Source: a bacterium
GTDB lineage: Bacteria > Zhuqueibacterota > Zhuqueibacteria > Oceanimicrobiales > Oceanimicrobiaceae
Direction: 5' to 3'
NCBI GenBank assembly: GCA_046757525.1
Contig: JBHHYI010000005.1
Span: 1 to 57,989 of the forward strand
DNA: 57,989 nucleotides
The notes under the pieces are model-generated. The model searched no databases and was not told the origin of the DNA. It worked only from the letters and a program-made list of their open reading frames with translations. A program made the translations under genes and the position numbers. The stretch's first letter is position 1; the number at the start of each line of letters is the position of its first letter. Below are positions 8,822 to 18,635 of the stretch, piece by piece.

Positions 8822-9769
8822 ATGTTAAGAAAGGCAATAAAAACTACATTCTTGGTTTCACTCTCATTAAGTTTGATGGTCTTAGCAAGCAGTTGTGGCA
8901 ACAATCCGGCTGGCACAGAAACCGATCATACGGCCGACATCGCGGCCATCAAACAGTCGATTCAGCAAGACGACGACATGTTTAACGTCAATGGTTTTGA
9001 CGACAATGGCGCCCAGTCGCCCAGTTACAACTCCGACGATTTGGGCAAACAGATCGGCGCACTGAAATATGGTCGCCGCGGTAAATTTGAACTGGAATCC
9101 ATTGAAATCGTCTTCGACACGGACACCACGGCCACGGCTACCATTATTCACACACTCAACGGCGAATTTGTCATTTTGGCTGTGGACACAACGGATACCT
9201 CAGTGGTCATCAAACCCATCTCCAAGCCCATGACTAATACTATCACCAGAAAGGCGAAATTGCAGAAGGTCAACGACACCGGCAACGAACTGGTCGATTG
9301 GAGAATCACCCAGGTATCCATGGCGGTGGCTCAATCCGACGATCCGACGATCGATATTCTGGAAATGCGAATAGACTTGCCGGACACGTTACCAGACATC
9401 GTGATCACCGATCCGCTGAACACCTTCATGAATCGTCACGAAGGTATTCCCACCCTCAGCCGGGGCGATACCATAAAAGTGTTCGTGACCCTGACCAATA
9501 CCAACGAGTTTCCGCCCGAACCTGGAGAAACCGTAACCCTAAGGCACCGCATGAATCGCTTCCGTCATTCCAGGAAGGTCTTCAACGACAGCGGCGAATA
9601 TCCGGATGAAACAGCCAACGACGGAGTCTTTTCGGCCTTTTTTGTCATCGGCCACCGCATGGGGATTCATCACGCGGCCCTGGACGTCATAGACAATGGA
9701 ACGATCTTCGACGATACGGCTCCCTACGACGCGGTTATTTGGGCCTCGCCCTACAAGGTCCGCTTGTAA
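8822..9769 (+). CDS. Hypothetical lipoprotein
   Basis: Lipobox LASS-C; AGGAGG RBS; acidic NDSGEYPDETANDGVFS loop (possible Ca-binding). Confidence 0.8.
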   Translation: MLRKAIKTTFLVSLSLSLMVLASSCGNNPAGTETDHTADIAAIKQSIQQDDDMFNVNGFDDNGAQSPSYNSDDLGKQIGALKYGRRGKFELESIEIVFDTDTTATATIIHTLNGEFVILAVDTTDTSVVIKPISKPMTNTITRKAKLQKVNDTGNELVDWRITQVSMAVAQSDDPTIDILEMRIDLPDTLPDIVITDPLNTFMNRHEGIPTLSRGDTIKVFVTLTNTNEFPPEPGETVTLRHRMNRFRHSRKVFNDSGEYPDETANDGVFSAFFVIGHRMGIHHAALDVIDNGTIFDDTAPYDAVIWASPYKVRL

Positions 9770-9776
9770 CAAAGAG

Positions 9777-9816
9777 CCAGGAGGGAGTTCAAGGACACCT
9801 GCGAACTCCCTCTTGG
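9777..9816 (+). other. Intergenic hairpin (mRNA stabiliser or partial terminator)
   Basis: CCAGGAGGGAGTTC / GAACTCCCTCTTGG. Confidence 0.5.
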
Positions 9817-9878
9817 TTAAATTCAGAGGTACTTTTTGAACCAACAAAGTCAATAGATTCTTAAACGCAAACAACGGG

Positions 9879-12800
9879 ATGACAGCCATGGAAAAATTGA
9901 GAATTATTGTATTAACGATGCTTGCCCTGGTGACCGGTGTTGCTTTTTTCACCTCGGCACAGGCACAGGATGTACAACTGGTGCTGACCCCTAAGGAAGT
10001 CCATCTGGGCTTAGGGGAAAGCGTAAAATTCGAAGTGTTCGCCTCAGCAGCGGGCAGAAACCTGGTGAGAATAGACAGCCTGGACTGGCGTGTCTCACCG
10101 GATTCGATGGGCACCATAACTGAGGACGGCTTCTTCATAGCCGGCCGGAACATCGGCAAAGCAGAAGTCACCGTGACGGCCTACATCGGCGATCTCGTTC
10201 TCGAGAAGTCGGCTTCAGTCAAGATTGGCAGAATTTTCAACGCATTTATTGATGTGGCCATAGAGCCTGAGTCGGCCGTGGTGCCGCCAGGTCAGGAGCA
10301 ACAGTTTAGGGTAACGGTTTCAAGCGCTGCGGGCAATGTGGTGCTCCTAAGGCACGTACGCTGGGACGTGGAACCCGAAGACCTGGGTAAAATCAGCGAA
10401 CGCGGTCTGTTCAAAGCCGCCAACCAAATCAACCAGGGAAAGGTCATTGCCCTGGTAGACATCGACGGCCTGACTTTGAGAGCAACCGCAGAAGTCACCG
10501 TCAGCCCTCTGCCCACGGGTGCCATCTCGGGCACGGTTTTGACCGATCCTGACGCGGCACCTATTCCGGATGCCAAGGTGAAAGCCATTCGTTTGGGCAA
10601 TATTAACTGGGTAAAAAGTGCCACAAGCGATGACCAGGGCAATTATCTGGTTGGCGATTTGATTCCCGGTCATTACGTGGTCTATGCCAAAGCTCGCGGA
10701 TTCATCGGTGAGTTTTTCAACGACACCAGGAATTACCTGGAAGCAGAGCCTGTGCAGGTTGCTGAAGAAGACACCGTGGCCGAGATCAATTTCAACCTCA
10801 CCGAAGGGGGTAAGATCACCGGCCAGGTGTTTGCCGACATCGACAGCTTGCCGCTGGCAGGGGCACACGTAAAAGCCATTCTGGCGGTTGCTGAAGGCAG
10901 ACTCACCTACCACGCCGTCACCAACGACGACGGTGCCTACGAGATCGACTCCTTGCCCACCGGGTTTTACTTCGTGAAAGCCAACGCCCCGGGCTTCAAA
11001 GCGGAATTCTTTGACGATGCCGAAGATGAATCCACGGCGGAGCTTGTGAGCATAACCGCGCCAGAGGTGAAGGATGGCATCGACTTCGGCCTGGCCACCA
11101 AGAGCGCCATCTCCGGCCGGGTTACCAGCAGCGTAGACGGAACCCCGATCGTGGATGCCCTGGTCAAAGTCTTTACCGTTGGCGTGTCGGTGGACAACCT
11201 GGCGCATTTCGTACTCAAGGATACGCGCACCGATGAAAACGGCGAGTACATCATTCAAGTACGGCCGGGGCAATACTACGTCCACGCGTCCGCGGAAGGC
11301 TTCAACGGTGAGTTCTTCGATGACGCCAAACAGATTGCCGATGCTACTTTGGTCGGCGTCGAGCCAGATCAGCACACCACTGGCATCGACTTCGCGCTGG
11401 ATCCGCGCGGCTCAATTTCAGGCACGGTCACCGATCAGGTCACCGAACAGCCGATCGCAGGGGCCGCGGTGCAGGCCTTTCTTCAAACCACCGATGTGGC
11501 CGTGGCCTCTTCGCCCGACGTGGTAGGTTTCCGCGCCGAAACCGACGACCAGGGCAATTACACCATTGAAAACCTGCCCGCAGGGAAATACATCGTCAGA
11601 GCGGTGGCAGAGGGCTATTTGCCAGAGTTCTTTGAAGAAAAAGCCCGAAAAGACGAGGCTACCATTCTGGCCATTGAAGACAACACGCAGCTTACCGGCA
11701 TCGACTTCACTTTAGAGATGGGAGGCAGTATTTCGGGCCAGGTTGCTTCGGCCCTGGACAGCCTTCCCATTGCCGATGCGCTGGTGCAGGTGTGGGAGGC
11801 CGATTCGGATTTCCACCGTCGTGCTTACACCAATGACGACGGCGCCTACACCGTGAAAGGACTGCGCACCGGCAGCTACGTAGTGCAGGTGATTGCCGAG
11901 GGTTTCTTTTCCGAATTCTTTGACAACGTACGCAATCGCGACGAGGCAACGTTGGTAGAAGTGGTCAGTCCCAACGACACCTCCGGCATCGACTTTTTTC
12001 TGGAACCGTTTGCGGAAACAAAGGGTACCATAGCAGGCCGGGTCACTTCAGAAAAGGATGAAGCAGCAATCTTGGGGGCCCTGGTAATAGCCGTTTCACC
12101 AGAAGATTTGTTTCCCCACATTACCTTCACCGGCCCTCGTGGGAATTACCATTTGACGAACTTGAATCCAGGAAAATATTTCGTGTTTAGCTGGGCCTTT
12201 GGCTTCATCGGAGAATTTTACGACGATGCCAAGGTGTTCAGAGAAGCGGACCCTGTGTTTGTTGAAGCCGGTAGCGTGACCGACGGCATCAATTTTGCCT
12301 TAACCCCGTTGCACCGTCCGGGCCTACACACAATACGCGGACAGGTTCGTTCAGCCGAAACCGGCGATCCCATCGCAGGGGTTCTGGTGCACGGTCAAAT
12401 TGAAAACGATGTTCAGGTAAATGCCGTCACCAACTCCGACGGAAATTTCCTCCTTGCCGACGTGCCGGCGGGTACCTACAAAATCCGGGCGACCGGCATC
12501 GGCTACGCGGACGGCTATTTTGGTGGCAGTAGCGTGGACAACGCAGCCACCGTGGCAGTCGGGAATGGACAGGACGCCCAGAACATCAATTTGAATCTGG
12601 ACAGGGATGAGATAACCGACGTGGAGTCCGAGGATGGTAGCGCATCGGTGCCGGAGAAATTCGCTCTGCTGCAAAACTATCCCAATCCTTTTAATCCGGA
12701 AACTTCGATCAACTACCAGTTGCCGAAGAATTCGCCGGTGACTTTGAAGATCTACAACATCCTCGGCCAGGAGATTCGAACTCTGATCGACAAGAAACAA

Positions 12801-12935
12801 GCGCCAGGCACCTATTCTGTTAAATGGGACGGCAAGGATAATTTCGGCAGACCGGTGGCCTCAGGCATTTACATTTATCAACTCAAAGCGGGTGACAACA
12901 CCAAACTCTCGCGCCGCATGCTGATGATCAAGTAA
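9879..12935 (+). CDS. Large secreted protein: two Ig-like domains, seven carboxypeptidase-regulatory-like repeats, FlgD/T9SS type A C-terminal domain
   Basis: Signal peptide; seven G.ISG.V...PI.GA.V repeats of about 100 aa; LLQNYPNPFNPET..KIYNILGQ..WDG..SGIY tail. Confidence 0.88.
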   Translation: MTAMEKLRIIVLTMLALVTGVAFFTSAQAQDVQLVLTPKEVHLGLGESVKFEVFASAAGRNLVRIDSLDWRVSPDSMGTITEDGFFIAGRNIGKAEVTVTAYIGDLVLEKSASVKIGRIFNAFIDVAIEPESAVVPPGQEQQFRVTVSSAAGNVVLLRHVRWDVEPEDLGKISERGLFKAANQINQGKVIALVDIDGLTLRATAEVTVSPLPTGAISGTVLTDPDAAPIPDAKVKAIRLGNINWVKSATSDDQGNYLVGDLIPGHYVVYAKARGFIGEFFNDTRNYLEAEPVQVAEEDTVAEINFNLTEGGKITGQVFADIDSLPLAGAHVKAILAVAEGRLTYHAVTNDDGAYEIDSLPTGFYFVKANAPGFKAEFFDDAEDESTAELVSITAPEVKDGIDFGLATKSAISGRVTSSVDGTPIVDALVKVFTVGVSVDNLAHFVLKDTRTDENGEYIIQVRPGQYYVHASAEGFNGEFFDDAKQIADATLVGVEPDQHTTGIDFALDPRGSISGTVTDQVTEQPIAGAAVQAFLQTTDVAVASSPDVVGFRAETDDQGNYTIENLPAGKYIVRAVAEGYLPEFFEEKARKDEATILAIEDNTQLTGIDFTLEMGGSISGQVASALDSLPIADALVQVWEADSDFHRRAYTNDDGAYTVKGLRTGSYVVQVIAEGFFSEFFDNVRNRDEATLVEVVSPNDTSGIDFFLEPFAETKGTIAGRVTSEKDEAAILGALVIAVSPEDLFPHITFTGPRGNYHLTNLNPGKYFVFSWAFGFIGEFYDDAKVFREADPVFVEAGSVTDGINFALTPLHRPGLHTIRGQVRSAETGDPIAGVLVHGQIENDVQVNAVTNSDGNFLLADVPAGTYKIRATGIGYADGYFGGSSVDNAATVAVGNGQDAQNINLNLDRDEITDVESEDGSASVPEKFALLQNYPNPFNPETSINYQLPKNSPVTLKIYNILGQEIRTLIDKKQAPGTYSVKWDGKDNFGRPVASGIYIYQLKAGDNTKLSRRMLMIK

Positions 12936-12945
12936 ACCAGCTAAG

Positions 12946-12978
12946 CTTGACCGCCATCTCGCTGAGGTGGCGGTCAAG
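12946..12978 (+). terminator. Strong hairpin after the secreted-protein operon
   Basis: CTTGACCGCCATCTC-GCT-GAGGTGGCGGTCAAG; no clear U-tract. Confidence 0.55.
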
Positions 12979-13065
12979 TCAAAATGGGCAATTTTTCTCT
13001 AGCCTGATTCGTTACATTAATGTAGACCGTAATCGTGAATTTCATTCCATGTGTAAAATAAGTGG

Positions 13066-14571
13066 TTGAAAATGGAAGCTAAAACTTTTAACCGCAACGA
13101 CAAAAAATCGTGGGATTGGGTCGCTGCCCGGCATTTGCTGAATCGGGCAGGCTTCGGCGGCAAACCAAAAGAGATCGAGGACTTTAGAGATGCCGGATTC
13201 GATGCCAGCTTGCGCCAACTCTTCGACTTCGATCCGCAACCCCTGAAAACACCCGAGTGGCTTGCTGAAGACCGGGCCATAACGCCTTACAAATTGAGGC
13301 AGATGACTAAGGAAGAACGCAAGAAGCTGGCGAAGATCAACCGGCAGCACGGGCGTGAATTGCAGGTTGCCTGGATTCAGCAGATGATCGATTCCGCGAC
13401 GCCGGCGGATATGCTCTGGGAAAAGATGACCTTTTTCTGGCACGGCCATTTTGCCACCAGCGCCCAAAAGGTTAGGTCCACGCCGCTGCTTTTCCAGCAA
13501 CTTTCCCTTTTCCACCGACACGCTGTGGGTAACTTTCGCCACCTGTTGCACGACATCGCCCGCGATGCAGCCATGCTGCACTACCTGGACAACAATCAGA
13601 ATCGCAAGGGCAAGCCGAACGAGAATTTTGCCCGAGAATTAATGGAGCTGTTCACCCTTGGCCCGGGACACTACACCGAACAAGATGTAAAGGAAAGCGC
13701 GCGCGCCTTCACCGGTTGGAACCCTTCGCAGGCCAGATTTAAATTGCGCCGCAGACAACACGATTACGGCAAGAAGACCTTTCTCGGCAAATCGGGAAAC
13801 TTCGACGGCGGCGACATCGTTGAGATTATCTTAGAGCAACCCGCCTGTGCGGAGTTCATCACGCGCAAGTTGCTGGCGTTTTTCAGCTTTGAAACCGCCT
13901 CAGAAGAAACGGTACGAAAGCTGGCCCAAGATTTTCGCCAGGACGATTATCATCTCGAGCCACTGTTGAAAAGCATTTTCGCACAAGACGAATTTTATGA
14001 CGCCGAAAACGTGGGTGTGCAAATCAAGAGTCCCATTCAACTGCTCATCGGTACAGCTCGCACTCTGGGTTTACACATTGAAAACCCTGAATTTTATTTG
14101 CACATGTTGACCCTGATGGGCCAGGTGCCTTTCTTGCCGCCCAATGTTAAAGGCTGGCCCGGCGGCAAAGCCTGGATCGATACTTCGCGGCTGTTGACCC
14201 GCTACACTTTTGCGGAAATCGTGGCCAGAGGGGAGATCCCCAGTGAAATCGACCCGCGCTCAAAACGCGACCCAGGTCGCAAAGATAAGACCAGTAAAGG
14301 CGGCGCCGGCCGAAACAGCTTGAGACGCATGATGCGACAGCCGCATTTGGGCATCGCCTTCAAACCCGAGGCCCTCGTCGATCTGCAAGCGTCACCCGAA
14401 GAAATTGTACACCGCCTGCTTGCGGTTCTGATTTCTCAAGAAATAACCGCGGAAGAGCAGAAAACTCTGGTGCAACATTTTGAAAACAATCTGGTGAAAA
14501 TGGACAAGTTAGAAGCGTTGAAAACATTGTTGGGTGAGATGATGATCTTGCCCGCGTATCAGCTTTGCTGA
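13066..14571 (+). CDS. DUF1800 family protein
   Basis: HLLNRAGFG, FWHGHFATS, PNENFARELMELFTLG, PPNVKGWPGG, terminal YQLC. Confidence 0.95.
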   Translation: MKMEAKTFNRNDKKSWDWVAARHLLNRAGFGGKPKEIEDFRDAGFDASLRQLFDFDPQPLKTPEWLAEDRAITPYKLRQMTKEERKKLAKINRQHGRELQVAWIQQMIDSATPADMLWEKMTFFWHGHFATSAQKVRSTPLLFQQLSLFHRHAVGNFRHLLHDIARDAAMLHYLDNNQNRKGKPNENFARELMELFTLGPGHYTEQDVKESARAFTGWNPSQARFKLRRRQHDYGKKTFLGKSGNFDGGDIVEIILEQPACAEFITRKLLAFFSFETASEETVRKLAQDFRQDDYHLEPLLKSIFAQDEFYDAENVGVQIKSPIQLLIGTARTLGLHIENPEFYLHMLTLMGQVPFLPPNVKGWPGGKAWIDTSRLLTRYTFAEIVARGEIPSEIDPRSKRDPGRKDKTSKGGAGRNSLRRMMRQPHLGIAFKPEALVDLQASPEEIVHRLLAVLISQEITAEEQKTLVQHFENNLVKMDKLEALKTLLGEMMILPAYQLC

Positions 14572-14614
14572 TTCATGCAATCAGCAAAAAAAACTCAACT
14601 CAAATGAATGGAGC

Positions 14615-15898
14615 TTGGAAATGAAGGGCGATGAAAAAAAGAGGCTTTTGACGCGGCGGGAGTTCTTACGTCGGGGCGTTACGCTGGCAGCCGCTTCGGT
14701 GACTGTGCCGACCTTTCTAAGCCGGACGGCCTGGGCCATGCAGAACCCCTACGACGCCCCCCTGGTCTCCAGCAAACCGGGCATTCCCGATGACCACGTC
14801 CTCCTGGTGGTGCAGCTCAGCGGTGGCAACGACGGCGTCAATACGGTGATTCCATATCGGCATGACCGATATTACCAATTGCGCCCCACCCTGTCTATTG
14901 CCAAGGACAGCATCATTCGGCTCAGCTATGAAATCGGTTTGCACCCCGGGCTGGTGGCCTTTAAGAACCTAATCGATCAGGGGGTCCTGTCCATTGTGCA
15001 AGGCGTGGGCTACCCCAATCCGAATCGCTCGCATTTTCGCTCCATGGAAATCTGGCAAACCGGCGTATCCGATGGCTATGAAACCACCGGGTGGATCGGC
15101 AGAGTGTTTGACCACGTGTGCAACAATGCCCACTTAGAGCACTGCAGTCCCACCCTGGGGATTAGTGTGGGAAACACCTTGAATCCATCCTTGAGAGGGG
15201 AAAACGGCATTGGGGTTGCCGTCCAGGATCCCGAGCGCTTGTTTCGGATGACCCAATTGTACGCTCATACTCACAGGCAAGAAAACGCAGCCCTTACCAG
15301 CGGCAACACGAGAGCAAACGCTCAGTTAGAATTCCTGCGTCGCACCGCCCTGAACGCAGAGCTCAGCGCCGACAAAATTCGTCGCTCGGTGCGCCAGGTG
15401 CAAAATCACACGGACTATCCTAAAACTCCCTTTGCCCGGGGCCTCAAGCTCATCGCAGGAATGATTGCCGGCGGCCTGGACACGCGCGTCTACTACATTT
15501 CAATGACCGGCTTTGACACTCACGCCAACCAGCACGGCCAGCACGAACGGCTGTTGAAAATGTTGGCTGAAGGCATTGCAGCTTTCCAAAATGACTTGGA
15601 CAAGCTGGGACAAGCCGAACGTGTGGTGGGAATGACCTTTTCAGAATTTGGCCGAAGGGTCGCAGAAAACGGCAGCCGCGGCACCGATCACGGTAAAGCC
15701 GCCCCTATGTTCATTTTCGGCAAGCCGGTCAAAGCAGGCCTCATCGGCGAACACCCAAGTCTGGACAATCTTGCCAATGGCGACCTGCAATTTCATACGG
15801 ATTTCCGATCGGTTTACGCCACCTTGCTGCAAGACTGGCTGGGAGTCGAGGCTGAAGAAATTCTGGGCCAAAGATTCGACAAGCTGGACCTTGTTTAG
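14615..15898 (+). CDS. DUF1501 family protein with Tat signal
   Basis: TRREFL; QLSGGNDG; PNRSHFRS; GFDTHANQ; FSEFGRR..ENGSRGTDHG. Confidence 0.95.
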   Translation: MEMKGDEKKRLLTRREFLRRGVTLAAASVTVPTFLSRTAWAMQNPYDAPLVSSKPGIPDDHVLLVVQLSGGNDGVNTVIPYRHDRYYQLRPTLSIAKDSIIRLSYEIGLHPGLVAFKNLIDQGVLSIVQGVGYPNPNRSHFRSMEIWQTGVSDGYETTGWIGRVFDHVCNNAHLEHCSPTLGISVGNTLNPSLRGENGIGVAVQDPERLFRMTQLYAHTHRQENAALTSGNTRANAQLEFLRRTALNAELSADKIRRSVRQVQNHTDYPKTPFARGLKLIAGMIAGGLDTRVYYISMTGFDTHANQHGQHERLLKMLAEGIAAFQNDLDKLGQAERVVGMTFSEFGRRVAENGSRGTDHGKAAPMFIFGKPVKAGLIGEHPSLDNLANGDLQFHTDFRSVYATLLQDWLGVEAEEILGQRFDKLDLV

Positions 15899-16213
15899 CT
15901 TGCGGGCTTGCGCTTTTCCGCTCATTGCAGGCGAAAAGGCAATTATACGCTACGGGTATCCCGTTTACTTAGAAATCGTTTTTGGGTAATTTGACAAACA
16001 GGGGATGAAAAATGTCACAACAAAAAACTCAACGGCGAGAAATTACTTTGTGGCAAGCAGCCACGCCGCCAATACTGTTGATCATTATTATCTTGTTGTT
16101 AGCTTCTTGTTGAGTCGTCTTACGAACCTTCACTTTTTTTGGCTTTCTTGCCGATAAGATTGGTTAACTGACCATCCGTTCGTGCATTGAACTTAACACA
16201 AGGAGTTAACCAA

Positions 16214-16516
16214 ATGTTTTTGCACAAGAAGCGATTCAGAGAAGTCATCTTAGTCGGTCTGGTCACCCTGATGGCCGCTTGTGCCAGTCGCGTGGTCTAC
16301 GTTCGCGAAGCGCCGCCACGGGCAAGAGTGGAAAAAAGGGTAGCCAAACCTGGCCCCAACTTCGTCTGGGTGGGCGGCCACTGGAAATGGAACGGACGCA
16401 CTTATGTTTGGGCATCGGGCCAATGGGTTAAAAAACGCAAAGGGCAAGTGTGGGTTCCCGGCCACTGGAGACACACCAAGCGTGGCTACGTTTGGGTCAA
16501 AGGACACTGGCGCTGA
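16214..16516 (+). CDS. YXWGXW-repeat lipoprotein
   Basis: MAAC lipobox; repeated VW..GHW units; AAGGAG before ATG 16214. Confidence 0.88.
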   Translation: MFLHKKRFREVILVGLVTLMAACASRVVYVREAPPRARVEKRVAKPGPNFVWVGGHWKWNGRTYVWASGQWVKKRKGQVWVPGHWRHTKRGYVWVKGHWR

Positions 16517-16583
16517 CCGTTTGTTGGGCAAGTGGCGGTGTTCTGGCTGGTGGGCCAAAGGGGACGGTTGCGCTGCGAAAAGC

Positions 16584-16716
16584 AGACGTTTCTGAGAAAC
16601 AATGTGCGAGTCATCCCGAGTAGGTCACTGCTGTTCAAGTGACCGTATCGAGGGGTGACGGGCGTCGCCCTGCGATATGTCCCGACCTAAAAGCGGTCGG
16701 GACTACTCAGGACGAC
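16584..16716. repeat. Dispersed structured repeat, family B copy 2 (complete cloverleaf at 16610-16716)
   Basis: Outer stem GTCATCCCGAGTAG/CTACTCAGGACGAC enclosing three hairpins; left half matches 6544-6623. Confidence 0.85.
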
Positions 16717-16742
16717 GCCCTTTGTACTCGAGAAAAAGAACC

Positions 16743-18446
16743 ATGCTTACGGGATCGTTCAAAAACTTCTGTCGGTTTTGCGCTTCAGCCCACCTTCTCA
16801 TGGCTTTGAATGTGGTCTTCGGTTTGGTGCATCCGACCGTGACTTTGGGACAGGATCATTATTTCGCCTGGACAGACAGCCTGGCAGATACTAATTCCGA
16901 AGAGTCCTGGGATGATGAAACCTATTACCAGGTTCAACTGCTCAGACTGCAGCGCTGGTTACGAGAAGAAGCCCAGGATTTCAGCGATCCCGTCGTTCTG
17001 CAAGAAATTGTCCGCTTGAAAAAAGAAGCCGAGCAATTTGCAGTTCAGCAGGATTATGAGTCGGCAACCATCTGGCTCGAGACCATCTGGCAACTCATCG
17101 AACAGTCGCCGGATTCCATACCAGCGGAAGATGAGATCGACGCAGACTATCTTGAAAGTCTGGACTCAGGGGAGATTTTGAATGACTCGAACAATTTCAC
17201 CTGGTCGAAACAGATTGTCACGGGCGTCGATTTTTGGCGGCAGCAGTTGGAGTTGGCCTTCCTTGAAACCGACAGCACTTTTGATGAAGGCAACGGCAAC
17301 CCGTACACAGGCATCCGCTTTAACTTCGACTATACGTCAAATTACAAGAACTCAGTCCAGGGCGCTGCGTTCCTGAAATACAGCCGGGACTATCTTTCGG
17401 GAGAAGCCACTTTCAGATTGGTAAAGCCTTTGCTGGCCAACTCTTCGTGGCAATTCGAGAATCGTTTTGAAGGCACTTCTTTTTATCGGGACTCGAATCT
17501 AAGATATCTTCAGAACAACTCGACCCTGGGCTTTGAATTCTCCAAGTTAGGTCCCTTTGCATTGGAGTTTGAAGATGATTTCATCTTGCGACATTATGCC
17601 AAAGAAGATTCCATCTACCCCAACTATTTCGACAACACCGTTGGCGGAACCGTTAAGTTCGGACTGGCGTCGACCTCGTTCGTCGGGGTTGGGTACCAAA
17701 ATATTTTGCGGTTTCATCCCACATTCGCCGAAAATGATTACGACGAGAATCGCATCGACTTTAATTATTTTCAAGACCTGGGCGGTGGATCGAGTCTGTC
17801 GCTGGAAAATCAGCTCAAATTCCGGAGCTACTTGCACATTCCTCTGGACCCATCATTCCAATTTGATTACAAAGAGGAATATCTTCGCATGACCCTGCGT
17901 GCAGCCCTGGCATCTTCTTTCGGTACGGTAATTAAAGGCTCGTTCACAAACAGGAATTACGAACTGGTCAATACCACCATTCCCGACTACTTGCTGTGGG
18001 AAGTCGAACCAGAAATCTACTTTAATGTCAACCCGGAGTGGAAAATAAGTTTAGGAATCTATTACAGCCAACTAAACAACGACAAGAATTTTGGCGCCAT
18101 TGCCACGGATGTGGTGTCCATCGTGCAAAGCATCAGCTTTGAAGATTACCGGACCTTTGGACCCACTTTTACCGTGGAATTGTTTAAAATCAACGGCCTG
18201 ATGCTGAGTGTACGCGACTCTTTTCTCATGGAAAGACACCCCAACGCCAGAGTCAGCGACATAGACAGATTTAATCTCTACTCTGACCGAAATATCAATT
18301 CTGTCTTGCTGTTCCTAAATTGGACCGTGTCGCGGCAATGGGAATTAAATATCCTGGGCAACCTGGACAACGATCACAGCCTCAAAGACAATTTCGGCAA
18401 CACCCAAAACACCATCGTTTCCTTTGAAGTCACATACTCTTTTTGA
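16743..18446 (+). CDS. Hypothetical outer-membrane beta-barrel protein with N-terminal helical domain
   Basis: Signal-like N-terminus, amphipathic aromatic-rich strands, terminal VTYSF; ORF-track start 16677 lies inside the repeat. Confidence 0.7.
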   Translation: MLTGSFKNFCRFCASAHLLMALNVVFGLVHPTVTLGQDHYFAWTDSLADTNSEESWDDETYYQVQLLRLQRWLREEAQDFSDPVVLQEIVRLKKEAEQFAVQQDYESATIWLETIWQLIEQSPDSIPAEDEIDADYLESLDSGEILNDSNNFTWSKQIVTGVDFWRQQLELAFLETDSTFDEGNGNPYTGIRFNFDYTSNYKNSVQGAAFLKYSRDYLSGEATFRLVKPLLANSSWQFENRFEGTSFYRDSNLRYLQNNSTLGFEFSKLGPFALEFEDDFILRHYAKEDSIYPNYFDNTVGGTVKFGLASTSFVGVGYQNILRFHPTFAENDYDENRIDFNYFQDLGGGSSLSLENQLKFRSYLHIPLDPSFQFDYKEEYLRMTLRAALASSFGTVIKGSFTNRNYELVNTTIPDYLLWEVEPEIYFNVNPEWKISLGIYYSQLNNDKNFGAIATDVVSIVQSISFEDYRTFGPTFTVELFKINGLMLSVRDSFLMERHPNARVSDIDRFNLYSDRNINSVLLFLNWTVSRQWELNILGNLDNDHSLKDNFGNTQNTIVSFEVTYSF

Positions 18447-18504
18447 AAGACGGTGCCCAAACAAATAAATCTGAAAGCAGTTTACGCTCTTCTCCTCCCT
18501 CTCG

Positions 18505-18536
18505 AGGCTGATGAATTTGTCATCAGCCTTTCTTCT
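18505..18536 (+). terminator. Intrinsic terminator
   Basis: AGGCTGATGA-ATTTG-TCATCAGCCT followed by a T-rich tract. Confidence 0.7.
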
Positions 18537-18560
18537 TGCAGTTTTGTGTCTTGAAATGGC

Positions 18561-18589
18561 TTGACATTTAAAGCATTTTTTAATAAAAT
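18561..18589 (+). promoter_or_regulatory. Sigma-70 promoter of serB-selA
   Basis: TTGACA-17 nt-TAAAAT. Confidence 0.7.
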
Positions 18590-18635
18590 TCGTCTAATTT
18601 ATGGACTCAGCAACAACTTTGGGGCTATCATTCAA

